Positions 48,821 through 58,186 of a stretch of DNA of 64,000 nt are shown here, in pieces. The notes beneath the pieces are model-generated. The model was not told the DNA's origin. It was given only the letters and a program-made list of their open reading frames with translations, and did not search any database. The DNA comes from a virus (lineage: Duplodnaviria > Caudoviricetes). The stretch is from IMG/VR virus record IMGVR_UViG_3300025372_000001; one strand, written 5' to 3'. The position numbers were made by a program, and so were the translations under genes. Positions within the stretch are counted from its first letter, which is position 1. Each line of letters starts with the position of its first letter.

Positions 48821-49198
48821 ATGAACGATTACAATACTATTCCTTATGATCCTGATATTTTACATCGTTTAAGACATCATGATAAAGTTCCGGCTGCTAT
48901 CAGAGAATTAGATAATATCTCTAATATTATTCGGCAAAACATGAGTCAAGCAGCAGACGAAATCGAAAATTTGCGAAAAGAAAACGCAGATTTAGCAAAA
49001 GAACATAACTATTATGTTGCTGCATTGGGACGAGGCGCAAAAACAAATGATATTTGGCCTTTCTACCAAAAAGAACAAATTCGTAATAACGAGATCAAGG
49101 AATCTCTACGAAAAGCTATTCTAGCACAAGTTAAAGCAGAATTTCCCGATAATAAAGAGCTTATTGCTTTTTGGGATGTTGACAACGATCAAAAATAA
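48821..49198 (+). CDS. Hypothetical protein
   Basis: 125 aa. Confidence 0.7.
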   Translation: MNDYNTIPYDPDILHRLRHHDKVPAAIRELDNISNIIRQNMSQAADEIENLRKENADLAKEHNYYVAALGRGAKTNDIWPFYQKEQIRNNEIKESLRKAILAQVKAEFPDNKELIAFWDVDNDQK

Positions 49199-49217
49199 CG
49201 TATAATAAGACCACCAT

Positions 49218-50129
49218 ATGCTAAAAGAACTAAATAAAACTGAGTCGGGAGCCGTGATTTGCAGATTTCAATGTCATGTGCTTCATGCTGCACATATCGA
49301 CCTAATCAACACTGTCTTGGCTAAACATAGTCGAGTATTTGTTTTTCTAGGTTGTTCTCCTCTTCGTAATACTCCTAGAGCACCTTTAGATTTCAAACAT
49401 AGAAAGGCTATGTTGGAAGAACAATTTGGTGATAAGCTAGAAATTCATCCTATCCATGATAATCGTAGTGATGAAGTTTGGAGTAAAAATCTAGATCGAG
49501 AAATTATTCGTCTTCTTCCTCCTGGGCAAAGTACTACTCTTTATGGTTCCCGTGATTCATTCATTGGACATTATAAAGGTAAATTTCCCACTTGTGAACT
49601 TGAATCCGAATCCTTTATTTCTGCTTCACAAGTAAGAAAAGAAATTATTACTAATTATCCTTCTTCTAAAGATTTTCGAGCAGGAATGATTGCAGCAACG
49701 GGGCAACATTATCCAACAGCATATCAAACCGTAGATGTTGCCGTAGTTAATGAAACAAATGATAAAGTTCTATTGGTTAAGAAACCGGGAGAAGATAAAT
49801 GGCGTTTCATTGGAGGTTTCAGTGATCCATCGTCTAATTCTCTTGAAGATGATGCAAAACGTGAAGTAATGGAAGAAACAGGAGTGGAAATTTCTGAACC
49901 GGTTTATCTAGGTAGTTCCTTAATTAAAGATTGGAGGTACCGTAGTTGTACAAATAAGATAAAAACCGCATTATTCATGGCAACATATAAATCAGGAACA
50001 CCAGAAGGAGCAGATGATGTAGAAGCTGCAAAATGGTTTAATTTAAATGATTTAAACGAAAGTAATGTTGTGGAAGAACATCATGTTCTCCTTAACTTAT
50101 TCTTTAAAAAGGTTAAGGTGAAGGCGTAA
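49218..50129 (+). CDS. Bifunctional NMN adenylyltransferase / Nudix ADP-ribose pyrophosphatase (NadM-Nudix, NatV-like)
   Basis: RFQCHVLHAAH nucleotidyltransferase motif; Nudix box GGF..P...LEDDAKREVMEETG. Confidence 0.9.
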   Translation: MLKELNKTESGAVICRFQCHVLHAAHIDLINTVLAKHSRVFVFLGCSPLRNTPRAPLDFKHRKAMLEEQFGDKLEIHPIHDNRSDEVWSKNLDREIIRLLPPGQSTTLYGSRDSFIGHYKGKFPTCELESESFISASQVRKEIITNYPSSKDFRAGMIAATGQHYPTAYQTVDVAVVNETNDKVLLVKKPGEDKWRFIGGFSDPSSNSLEDDAKREVMEETGVEISEPVYLGSSLIKDWRYRSCTNKIKTALFMATYKSGTPEGADDVEAAKWFNLNDLNESNVVEEHHVLLNLFFKKVKVKA

Positions 50130-50160
50130 CCAATCAATAACATATATAGAAAATAATATA

Positions 50161-51552
50161 ATGAAAAAAGGTAATTTAATTCTGGCATGTGATTTATATA
50201 AAGTAGTTCATTGGCGACAAGTTCCAAAAAAAATTTCTTATATGCACTCTTATATTGAGGCAAGAGGAACAGAACTACCTAATGTAAATTATGTTCGTCC
50301 TTTTGGCATTCAGGGATTTATTAAAGATTATTTAGAAGGTGTTGTTATTGAACAATGGATGATTGACGAAGCAAAGGAAATTCTAGGGGAAGTATTTCAA
50401 ACTCATGAATACTTCAATGAAAAAGGATTTAGCGAAATTATTCGTCAATATAATGGGCGTTTACCTATTACCATTAAAGCCGTAGAAGAAGGTAAGAAAG
50501 TAGGATTGAAAAATGTACTGGTTACGGTAGAAGCATGGGGCGAGTTTGCATGGTTAGCCACATGGATTGAAACTATGCTGCTTAGGGCAGTTTGGTACGG
50601 CACTGCGGTATGTACTTTTAGTAGTGCATTGAAAGATATTGAACGTAAATATGCAAATCTCTGTGGATGTCCCATGAATCCATTCTTTATTTGTGACTTC
50701 GGTGGTCGCTCAGTTTCTAGCCACGAATCGGCAGGTATTGGTGGAGCAGCACATTTAGTTAATTATCTAGGCTCTGATACTGTTGAAGGTATTGTTTGGG
50801 CAAAACGTAATTACGGTCCTACTGCGACAGGTTATAGTGTGTACGCTTCGGAACACTCAACTAGTACTATTTACGGTAGGGAACATGAAATTGATGCATA
50901 TCGTCATTTCTTAAATGACGCACCAATGGATAAGATTGTCTCTATTGTAACTGATTCTTATAGCCATGAAAATGCTGTTCGTAATATTCTTGGAAAAGAA
51001 TTGAAAGAAGTTATTTTAGCAGGACATGCTAAAACTGTTATTCGTGGAGATTCTGGTGATCCACTTGATGTATCGCTTAAAACTTTGCAATGGTTGTGGG
51101 AAGATTTTTCGGGCGAAATCAATCCTCGTGGATTTAAAGTTCTTAATCCTAAAGTGCAATTACTTTGGGGTGACGGAGTAGATATAAACTCTTACGATGC
51201 TATTTTAAATTACATTACTTCTAATGGTTTTAGTTCTGAAAATATGTTTTTTGGAATGGGTGGTGAGCTTTTACAGAAAGCAAATCGTGATCGTTTTAAA
51301 TTCGCTTGCAAACTATCTCATGCTATTGTAGATGGTGTTCCAACGGACATCTTTAAAGACCCTGAAGGCGATCATTCTAAACGTTCTAAAGCAGGTATCC
51401 TTAAACTTATTTATGAAAATGGACAATATCAAACAGTTCAAGCTCATGAACGACCTGACCTTAAAGATGAATTAGAAGTAGTCTTTAAAGATGGTTATCT
51501 AATGAAAGAACTTACCTTTGAACAAATTCGCCAAAATGCAGCCAATACTTAA
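50161..51552 (+). CDS. nadV: Nicotinamide phosphoribosyltransferase (NAMPT)
   Basis: CDLYKVVH, DFGGRSVS, GSDT, ASEHST, IRGDSGD, GDG, FGMGG. Confidence 0.9.
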   Translation: MKKGNLILACDLYKVVHWRQVPKKISYMHSYIEARGTELPNVNYVRPFGIQGFIKDYLEGVVIEQWMIDEAKEILGEVFQTHEYFNEKGFSEIIRQYNGRLPITIKAVEEGKKVGLKNVLVTVEAWGEFAWLATWIETMLLRAVWYGTAVCTFSSALKDIERKYANLCGCPMNPFFICDFGGRSVSSHESAGIGGAAHLVNYLGSDTVEGIVWAKRNYGPTATGYSVYASEHSTSTIYGREHEIDAYRHFLNDAPMDKIVSIVTDSYSHENAVRNILGKELKEVILAGHAKTVIRGDSGDPLDVSLKTLQWLWEDFSGEINPRGFKVLNPKVQLLWGDGVDINSYDAILNYITSNGFSSENMFFGMGGELLQKANRDRFKFACKLSHAIVDGVPTDIFKDPEGDHSKRSKAGILKLIYENGQYQTVQAHERPDLKDELEVVFKDGYLMKELTFEQIRQNAANT

Positions 51553-51563
51553 TTAATAAAATT

Positions 51564-51932
51564 ATGAAAGACTTATCTTATCGGGAACGCTTTTTCCTGG
51601 TGCTTTCTTTCGTTGCATTAATCGGAGGATTCTACCAACTTGCTTCTCCTGAAAAGGACTCAACTAGTTATAATATTCCTGTTAATTCAGAAGTATGGAA
51701 ATTACAAGTCGGTAATGAGTTACCGGATTTGTCGAAGTTCAATGATAAAAATCCGATTACTTTGGAACAATTCTTAGCTATTGTTAAGAGTTTACCAGAA
51801 GGAGCATTTAAGAGTAATTTGCTTTTTATTGTTGCAGCAGATTATAATGGTGATAGTATCAAGTTGAACGAAATTCTTCAAGCCTATGGTAAGTTGTTAC
51901 AGGCCCAATTGAAATCTAAAAATACTTTATAA
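51564..51932 (+). CDS. Membrane-anchored hypothetical protein
   Basis: N-terminal hydrophobic helix. Confidence 0.7.
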   Translation: MKDLSYRERFFLVLSFVALIGGFYQLASPEKDSTSYNIPVNSEVWKLQVGNELPDLSKFNDKNPITLEQFLAIVKSLPEGAFKSNLLFIVAADYNGDSIKLNEILQAYGKLLQAQLKSKNTL

Positions 51933-52223
51933 TATGAAACTAACTGAACAAGAAGCAACCGAGTTTTGGATGGATATTATCGGATATGGTGATATATGTT
52001 CAGAATTAGGAGGAGAAGGAAATTCTGGCGAGTTTCACAGTCCAAGAGAATATAATAGACTAGTTAAAGAACTTAAACAGAAACAAGAACAATTAAGTAA
52101 AACGTTTGCCGTTCAAACGGGATGGCTACCAGTTTTTGTAGAAGGAACTAGGAAAAATAACTATACCGATATTTGGAAATTTACCCCTTATGAAACTAAC
52201 TGAACAAGAAGCAACAGAGTTTT
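51933..52223 (+). repeat. 35-bp near-identical direct repeat forming the 5' ends of two adjacent genes
   Basis: TATGAAACTAACTGAACAAGAAGCAAC(C/A)GAGTTTT at 51933 and 52189. Confidence 0.9.
51934..52203 (+). CDS. Hypothetical protein
   Basis: MKLTEQEATEF start. Confidence 0.7.
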   Translation: MKLTEQEATEFWMDIIGYGDICSELGGEGNSGEFHSPREYNRLVKELKQKQEQLSKTFAVQTGWLPVFVEGTRKNNYTDIWKFTPYETN

Positions 52224-52417
52224 CTCAAGCATTTCGGAAATATATTAGTCAGCGAGATAAAGCCATTGATTTAATGGATTGTCTTACCCATAATAAACAG
52301 ATTAGGTCAAAAGCTGAAATAGATTATTGGCGAAACGAAAAAGAATTTTACGATACCTTTGAATGTTTTACAGGACACAAACCTTCATTTATTGACCCTT
52401 ATGAACCGTCAAATTGA
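52190..52417 (+). CDS. Hypothetical protein
   Basis: MKLTEQEATEF start. Confidence 0.7.
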   Translation: MKLTEQEATEFSQAFRKYISQRDKAIDLMDCLTHNKQIRSKAEIDYWRNEKEFYDTFECFTGHKPSFIDPYEPSN

Positions 52418-52739
52418 ATTCCGTGTTTGGGATAAACTCCTAAACAAAATGATGAAGGATCAACCTTATATTTCTTTTGATAATCCTGAATATATTTTCT
52501 CTCAATTTACAGGGTTATTTGATTCTCAAGGAAATAAGATTTTTGAAGGAGACATTTTGGAAATGCGAGGCACTAAAAGTCAATATACTGTTTACTTTGA
52601 TAAATTTTCAGCAGGATTTAAACTTACCGGAACTTATGGTAAACATGTTGCCCGATTCACTCTAAACGACCATGTTCATGCAAAAGATTTAACTGTAGTA
52701 GGAAATATTTTTGAAAATCCTGAAGTATTAATAAAATGA
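52401..52739 (+). CDS. YopX-family protein
   Basis: IEFRVWD...QFTGLFDSQGNKIFEGDIL...VVGNIFENPE. Confidence 0.85.
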   Translation: MNRQIEFRVWDKLLNKMMKDQPYISFDNPEYIFSQFTGLFDSQGNKIFEGDILEMRGTKSQYTVYFDKFSAGFKLTGTYGKHVARFTLNDHVHAKDLTVVGNIFENPEVLIK

Positions 52740-53215
52740 AACAATTGAAATTTCGTGTTTGGCTTCCTGATTATCAACAAATGATTTATCCTCATTTGGA
52801 TGATTTTATTCGAGATAAAGAAGGAATGGTTATTGGTAAATTAAACATTGGACTAAAATATAATTTTGGTTTGGAATTTGATATGATTAAAGCAATTCCT
52901 CCTTTTTATAAAGATCAAATGGGAGAAATTGATGAAGAATCATATGAGGTTAATCATGTAATTCAACAATTTACCGGACTAAAAGATGTAAGTTTCCAAG
53001 AAATATATGAAGGAGATTTAATTGATGGTAAATTTTGGATTAATGATTTAAACGAAAAAATTAAAAGTGGATTTACTGAAATCACCTCTAGAGAAGTATT
53101 TTTAACAAGTGGTGAATTTCGGTGTAAGCCCACAGAAAGACTATCACAAATTTATAAACCAAAAATTGTCGGAAATATCTTTGCAAATCTTCAATTAATT
53201 TCCCCCAAAACTTGA
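52736..53215 (+). CDS. YopX-family protein
   Basis: LKFRVW...QFTGLKD...EIYEGDL...IVGNIF. Confidence 0.85.
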   Translation: MKQLKFRVWLPDYQQMIYPHLDDFIRDKEGMVIGKLNIGLKYNFGLEFDMIKAIPPFYKDQMGEIDEESYEVNHVIQQFTGLKDVSFQEIYEGDLIDGKFWINDLNEKIKSGFTEITSREVFLTSGEFRCKPTERLSQIYKPKIVGNIFANLQLISPKT

Positions 53216-53249
53216 TTCGCTCTGACCAACATGTTATCTTACTATCCTT

Positions 53250-53567
53250 ATGGCAAAAACACAAACAAAACAAAAAACAAACAGTAATCGTCTAACCGTT
53301 AATCAAAATGTAGCAGGTGCTGCTCGTCGCCGTCTTCCTGAAATTCAGGATGCAGTAGAAGGTATTAGCCGTCTTCGTGCAAACCGTTGGCCGGGACAAA
53401 CCAGTCTATATGACACTAATCGTCTCCAAAGTCTAGTTGAAGACCTTGCATTCTCTGAATCCATTTCAAAGAGTCGCATTCTCTCACTTCAATCAGAAGT
53501 CAAGTCTTTTAGTGCTGTACTTGGTCCTCAACTGACCCGTTCAATGCAAGCAGCAAAGATTATCTAA
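53250..53567 (+). CDS. Basic hypothetical protein
   Basis: 105 aa; own promoter and terminator. Confidence 0.75.
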   Translation: MAKTQTKQKTNSNRLTVNQNVAGAARRRLPEIQDAVEGISRLRANRWPGQTSLYDTNRLQSLVEDLAFSESISKSRILSLQSEVKSFSAVLGPQLTRSMQAAKII

Positions 53568-53590
53568 TAGAGATAATAAAATAAAAATAG

Positions 53591-53625
53591 AAGAAACGCA
53601 AGTTAGTTAATAACTTGCGTTTCTT
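53591..53625 (+). terminator. Intrinsic terminator
   Basis: AGAAACGCAAGTTA-GTTAA-TAACTTGCGTTTCT-TTGTTTT. Confidence 0.85.
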
Positions 53626-53649
53626 TGTTTATTGATCTATAGTAAAAGA

Positions 53650-54492
53650 ATGAAAATCGCAATTATTGGAGATGGTTATATTGGTCAAGCATTTAAAGAC
53701 GTTGGAACAATCATTCCTGCTAAACTGCTTGATATTTCTTTTGATCAATTACATTCATATGATGTAATAATTAATACACATGAAATACAAGATACTTCTA
53801 CCTATACATATGATTATATCTGGTGGCAAAATGCTGATCTAGTAAAGCAACTTTCTGTTGAATGTGAATATTCCGGTAAGAAATTTGTCCAAATTAGCAC
53901 TGCCGATCTTTATGGTAATTATACGAAATGGGCTAATGATATTGAAACCTCGACTCATTTAGATGTTGGAACGGATTATCGTTTCACCAAATTAGCCGCA
54001 GAAAAGTTTTGTAATCCAAATGATTTGATTCTTCGTATTAGGAATCCATTTGATAATCGGGTACACCCCGATAATGCGATTATAAAGGGGTATAAAGCTC
54101 CTAGAATGTATGCATGGGCCGATACATGGTCTTATCTTCCCGACGTGGTAAATGCCACTCTAAAGCTCTTAGAAAGGCAAGAGAGCGGAATTTGGAATAT
54201 TGTTAATTTTGAATGTTCTAGTTTATTTTATTGTTTGAAAACTGCTATTGGTGTTCCGTTCTTTAAGAGCATTGATCCTATTAAAGAAGATATGCCTAAT
54301 TTCCTATTAAAGGAGATGGATAATGAAAGGATTCATAATGATGTAAATGGATCAAAAATTAAACAGATTTATGAAATGACACCATTAGATGCTGCCATGA
54401 TCATTTCTTGGCAAAAAGGTGTTAAAGAAGATTTTGAACAGTATTTTAATGAGAGAAAGTTCTTGCAAAAGTTAGAAGGGGTGGTAGAATGA
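53650..54492 (+). CDS. Extended SDR sugar-nucleotide reductase/epimerase (RmlD-like)
   Basis: IIGDGYIG, QISTADLYG, YRFTKLAAE (YxxxK). Confidence 0.75.
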   Translation: MKIAIIGDGYIGQAFKDVGTIIPAKLLDISFDQLHSYDVIINTHEIQDTSTYTYDYIWWQNADLVKQLSVECEYSGKKFVQISTADLYGNYTKWANDIETSTHLDVGTDYRFTKLAAEKFCNPNDLILRIRNPFDNRVHPDNAIIKGYKAPRMYAWADTWSYLPDVVNATLKLLERQESGIWNIVNFECSSLFYCLKTAIGVPFFKSIDPIKEDMPNFLLKEMDNERIHNDVNGSKIKQIYEMTPLDAAMIISWQKGVKEDFEQYFNERKFLQKLEGVVE

Positions 54493-54495
54493 GCC

Positions 54496-55023
54496 ATGAA
54501 CATTCTACAACGAATTATCAATACGAAACCAAAATCTACAATCAACGATACTGATCCGGTTTTTTCAGAAGATCAATATCTAGGAAATCCAGTTTATATG
54601 TCTTATTTCAATCCTTCCACTGAAAAATTCCTAACAGGAGTTCCCCAAGAACCTATCAATGTTTCTTTTTCCGATTATTGTAATAAACTATATGAAAAAT
54701 GGTTGAAATTTGAATATGTAGTTTCAAATGTTTGGGATGCATTAAAATATATGTTTGTTTATCGAAAGGATATTAAGTGTGCCAAGGAACTTGCAAAGAT
54801 GCATGAAGAAAAAAAGAAATTGTTTATTTCTCATCAAGTGAAAGCAATGGTTGGACATATTATTGATTTTAATACAGAGAATACTTGTTGGAAAGCGGAG
54901 GGGAAAGATAAGATTCTTTGTTTCCGAACTTTCCATAATCATCATCATAAACATGATATGATTGTTAATAGAAATATTTCTCGTCATTGGAATAAAAACG
55001 TTGAACAATCAGTAATTTCTTAA
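54496..55023 (+). CDS. Hypothetical protein
   Basis: 175 aa. Confidence 0.7.
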   Translation: MNILQRIINTKPKSTINDTDPVFSEDQYLGNPVYMSYFNPSTEKFLTGVPQEPINVSFSDYCNKLYEKWLKFEYVVSNVWDALKYMFVYRKDIKCAKELAKMHEEKKKLFISHQVKAMVGHIIDFNTENTCWKAEGKDKILCFRTFHNHHHKHDMIVNRNISRHWNKNVEQSVIS

Positions 55024-55027
55024 TTTT

Positions 55028-55426
55028 ATGAGTATTATATGCGCAGTTATAGTTACTACAATATTATTGGTATTGTTTTTCCTAGCAGTTTGTTTCGATG
55101 ATACGTGTGACGAGGCTTTAATAGGAATATCATTGTCAATTTTATTTCTTTGGGTAATACTAGGAGGAATCGTAGCTAGTGTAGGAGATTGTCCCGATTA
55201 CCCTCATACTTTTCAACAAGTAAAAGTACAACATGTAGTGGATATTCCTAATAAAGAATTTGTACTTTGTTTGGAAAATGGTCAAGTTGTTTCATTTAAA
55301 CAGTTTTCTGATATGCCATTTCATGATGTGAAATTTGTTATCTATGAAACATGGTATAATACATGGCACTTTCCAGTTAATACCTTTATCAATATTTCTA
55401 AAACTTTAGAAGAAAATAAGAAATGA
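55028..55426 (+). CDS. Membrane protein
   Basis: Two hydrophobic segments. Confidence 0.7.
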   Translation: MSIICAVIVTTILLVLFFLAVCFDDTCDEALIGISLSILFLWVILGGIVASVGDCPDYPHTFQQVKVQHVVDIPNKEFVLCLENGQVVSFKQFSDMPFHDVKFVIYETWYNTWHFPVNTFINISKTLEENKK

Positions 55427-56034
55427 ATATCTTAGACTTCAAACATAGTTTCATTTATTTGTCAGGCGCAATGTCCGGTTTGCCTGAATATAATTATCCT
55501 GCCTTTCAGGCCATGGAGGAAAGATTAATCCAACAAGGATTAACCTTTATCCTTAATCCTGCTAAAATTGCTAATGGTGATACTACTAAATCTTATGGTT
55601 TTTATATTCGGGAATCATTGAAAATGGTGGCAGAAGCAGAAGCAATGATTATGTTAAATGGCTGGGAAAAAAGTAAAGGTGCTAATCTTGAATATCAAGC
55701 AGCAAGAGCAATGGGTATTCCTATCTTTAATTCAGATTTTGAATTGATTCCTGAAACCTTAACAACTCAAGATGAAGACATATTAGTTAAGGCTAATGAA
55801 TTGATTCACGGAGAAAGACAAAAATCTTATGGTTCTCCCAAGAGTAATTTTACAAAGATTGGAAGGATTTGGGGAGCAATCAATGATATTCCTGATATTG
55901 AACCGGAAAAAGTAGCATTAATGATGGCAGGATTAAAGATTGCCAGAGAATCACATGCTCATACCCAAGATAATTTAGTTGACGGCGCAGCATACTTTGC
56001 TACTATTCCAATGATTAAAAAAGATTTACCTTAA
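55423..56034 (+). CDS. DUF4406 (deoxyribosyltransferase-like) fused to DUF6378-like domain
   Basis: IYLSGAMSG..YNYPAF...NPA...GWEKSKGA.LE; GERQKSYGSP..NF..I...LKIAR....DN.VD.AAY. Confidence 0.75.
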   Translation: MNILDFKHSFIYLSGAMSGLPEYNYPAFQAMEERLIQQGLTFILNPAKIANGDTTKSYGFYIRESLKMVAEAEAMIMLNGWEKSKGANLEYQAARAMGIPIFNSDFELIPETLTTQDEDILVKANELIHGERQKSYGSPKSNFTKIGRIWGAINDIPDIEPEKVALMMAGLKIARESHAHTQDNLVDGAAYFATIPMIKKDLP

Positions 56035-56046
56035 CCTGTTATAAAA

Positions 56047-57246
56047 ATGAGACTTACTGAACGACAAAAGAATGATATTATTCATAGTATCAATACTAAA
56101 TTTCTTAAACGAGAAATTAATAGTTCTGATGCATTAAATCAATTAAAAGATAATTTTCCTCGGACAAAATTCGTTCTTTGCACTGATACAGGAAAGTTTC
56201 ATCGACAATTAGATGCAACATTATCCCTTCCTTCTGGAAATTGGTATGCCTCAAGAAGAAACTTTCATTATGTTCGTTTTAAAACAACAATATCTAGTTT
56301 TTGTCATGCAGATGATGTCAAGACAATAGGCTTTCTTTGTGATTATACTTTTCAATATTTTAATAATCAGGAATATACCCAAGTAAAATGTGAAGGAGAT
56401 TTGGTATGTAAAGATTATTGTGTAGATAATGATATTATTGAATTAGTTGACGGCGAATGGTTTTATAAAATAGAAGATAGTGGTATTGATGATACGGGCA
56501 GGGCAGATTATCATTCTACTCGTCGTTTAAATAAAAACCAAAAAGGAATGGGAGTCGAATTGGAAATCTTCTGCGAAGGAGAAATGTATGATTTCTGTGC
56601 TATTGCTCGAAAGAACAATATTCTTACAGAATATGATGGTTCTCTTGACGATATTTATGGTGTTGAACTAATTGGTAAAGTTCTTACTTTTGATGATTAT
56701 CAGAAGATGAAAGATTGGGGAAAGGTGTTCGAAGTATTTCCTGAATATAAATGTATCGGGCATGATGCCGGAACAAAATACGGAATGCATGTTTCTCTAT
56801 CCTTATCTTTATTCTCTGAATTAGAACTATCCAAGTTTGTGTTGTTCATGAACTCTTGTTCTAAACTATGTAAAGTAGTGGCACAAAGACAAACCTTTTA
56901 TAAGGGCAAATATGGTGTTCATGACAAACATAAAAAGTTTAAGAAAACACAAACGGGAAAATATGAAGCAGTACGAGTAGATGATGTAAGAGCAGAAGTT
57001 CGTATCTTTCGTTCTACTGTTCGGAAAGACAGGTTCCTTAAGAATATCGAGTTTTGTGAAGCAGTTCGCCAAGCAACAAAAGAAATGACTGCTCAAGAAG
57101 TCCTTAAAGAAACTTCTGCAACAGATTTGTTCCTTCTATTTGTTAATAAACATCGTAAAACTTATCCTAATCTTTATACTTTCTTAGTAGAAGAAAAATT
57201 ACTAATGAAACGGATTATTCCTAAAGAATATATTACTAACGAATAA
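56047..57246 (+). CDS. Putative amidoligase (COOH-NH2 ligase type)
   Basis: GVELEI, YDGSL, GVELI, GMHVSLS, EVRIFR. Confidence 0.75.
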   Translation: MRLTERQKNDIIHSINTKFLKREINSSDALNQLKDNFPRTKFVLCTDTGKFHRQLDATLSLPSGNWYASRRNFHYVRFKTTISSFCHADDVKTIGFLCDYTFQYFNNQEYTQVKCEGDLVCKDYCVDNDIIELVDGEWFYKIEDSGIDDTGRADYHSTRRLNKNQKGMGVELEIFCEGEMYDFCAIARKNNILTEYDGSLDDIYGVELIGKVLTFDDYQKMKDWGKVFEVFPEYKCIGHDAGTKYGMHVSLSLSLFSELELSKFVLFMNSCSKLCKVVAQRQTFYKGKYGVHDKHKKFKKTQTGKYEAVRVDDVRAEVRIFRSTVRKDRFLKNIEFCEAVRQATKEMTAQEVLKETSATDLFLLFVNKHRKTYPNLYTFLVEEKLLMKRIIPKEYITNE

Positions 57247-57250
57247 AAAT

Positions 57251-57955
57251 ATGAATATCGAAACAATGTTTCCTATTAAATGCCCGAGAAACGGTATTGA
57301 TTTTTATAATTGGCTTAAATCCCATCCAGAAAATAATATAGCATATACTGATTGTGATGACGGTGGTTGTGCATTCATTGAAAGTATGTTATCTGCTCAT
57401 ATTTGGAGCTATCGTTCATATTTTCATAATTGGTGCTTGAATCTTCGTAAACGTTTTAATGACAAAAAAATTAAAGACGAATGGTATGGCGATATGGATT
57501 TGGTTATTAAATTGATCCATCAAACCGATGATAAAACAGTTTTTCATTTAAAAGATAATTCTTCTTATGCAGATATTAATAATTGGATCATCATTCATGA
57601 TTTTTCGGATACTTATTATTCAGTACATATTCGACAATTACATGAAAAAGGGGATTACCCAAAAAGTGCATATCCCAAAAAATTAAATAAGAAATTTTGG
57701 AAAGATAGAAATTATATTTGTGATTATGTTGAGAAATATCACATGACAAAGTTGGGAAGTGTATATGGTGATATTCGTGATATAGGTTATGTAGTTTCTT
57801 ATAAAGATGTATGGCTTGCTGAATCACGTTTTCCATCATTTGATGGTGATTATTGGCAGCGATATTATTTCTATAGCCAATTTAAAGAAATTTGCTTTAA
57901 GTTACATATTATTGAATCTCAAATAAACGAAGAATCAGAAGATAAGAAGGAATAA
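57251..57955 (+). CDS. Hypothetical protein
   Basis: 234 aa. Confidence 0.75.
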   Translation: MNIETMFPIKCPRNGIDFYNWLKSHPENNIAYTDCDDGGCAFIESMLSAHIWSYRSYFHNWCLNLRKRFNDKKIKDEWYGDMDLVIKLIHQTDDKTVFHLKDNSSYADINNWIIIHDFSDTYYSVHIRQLHEKGDYPKSAYPKKLNKKFWKDRNYICDYVEKYHMTKLGSVYGDIRDIGYVVSYKDVWLAESRFPSFDGDYWQRYYFYSQFKEICFKLHIIESQINEESEDKKE

Positions 57956-57960
57956 AAAAT

Positions 57961-58170
57961 ATGTGGATAAATGGTAAACAATGGTTTCCGGCAAAATACC
58001 TAAATGATAGATATTTTGTTCAAGGACAAGAAGGAAGATTACATAAATTAGTTCATAGTTCTAATTTTGGTTTATTCGTTCCTTATGATAATAAAGTGAA
58101 AAGTTCGGGATTTATTGGATATTTGTTTCCCTTGAATTGGTTTGAAGTAGTAATTGACAATAACGAATAA
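57961..58170 (+). CDS. Small hypothetical protein
   Basis: 69 aa. Confidence 0.6.
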   Translation: MWINGKQWFPAKYLNDRYFVQGQEGRLHKLVHSSNFGLFVPYDNKVKSSGFIGYLFPLNWFEVVIDNNE

Positions 58171-58186
58171 AAGGTTACTATGAGGT

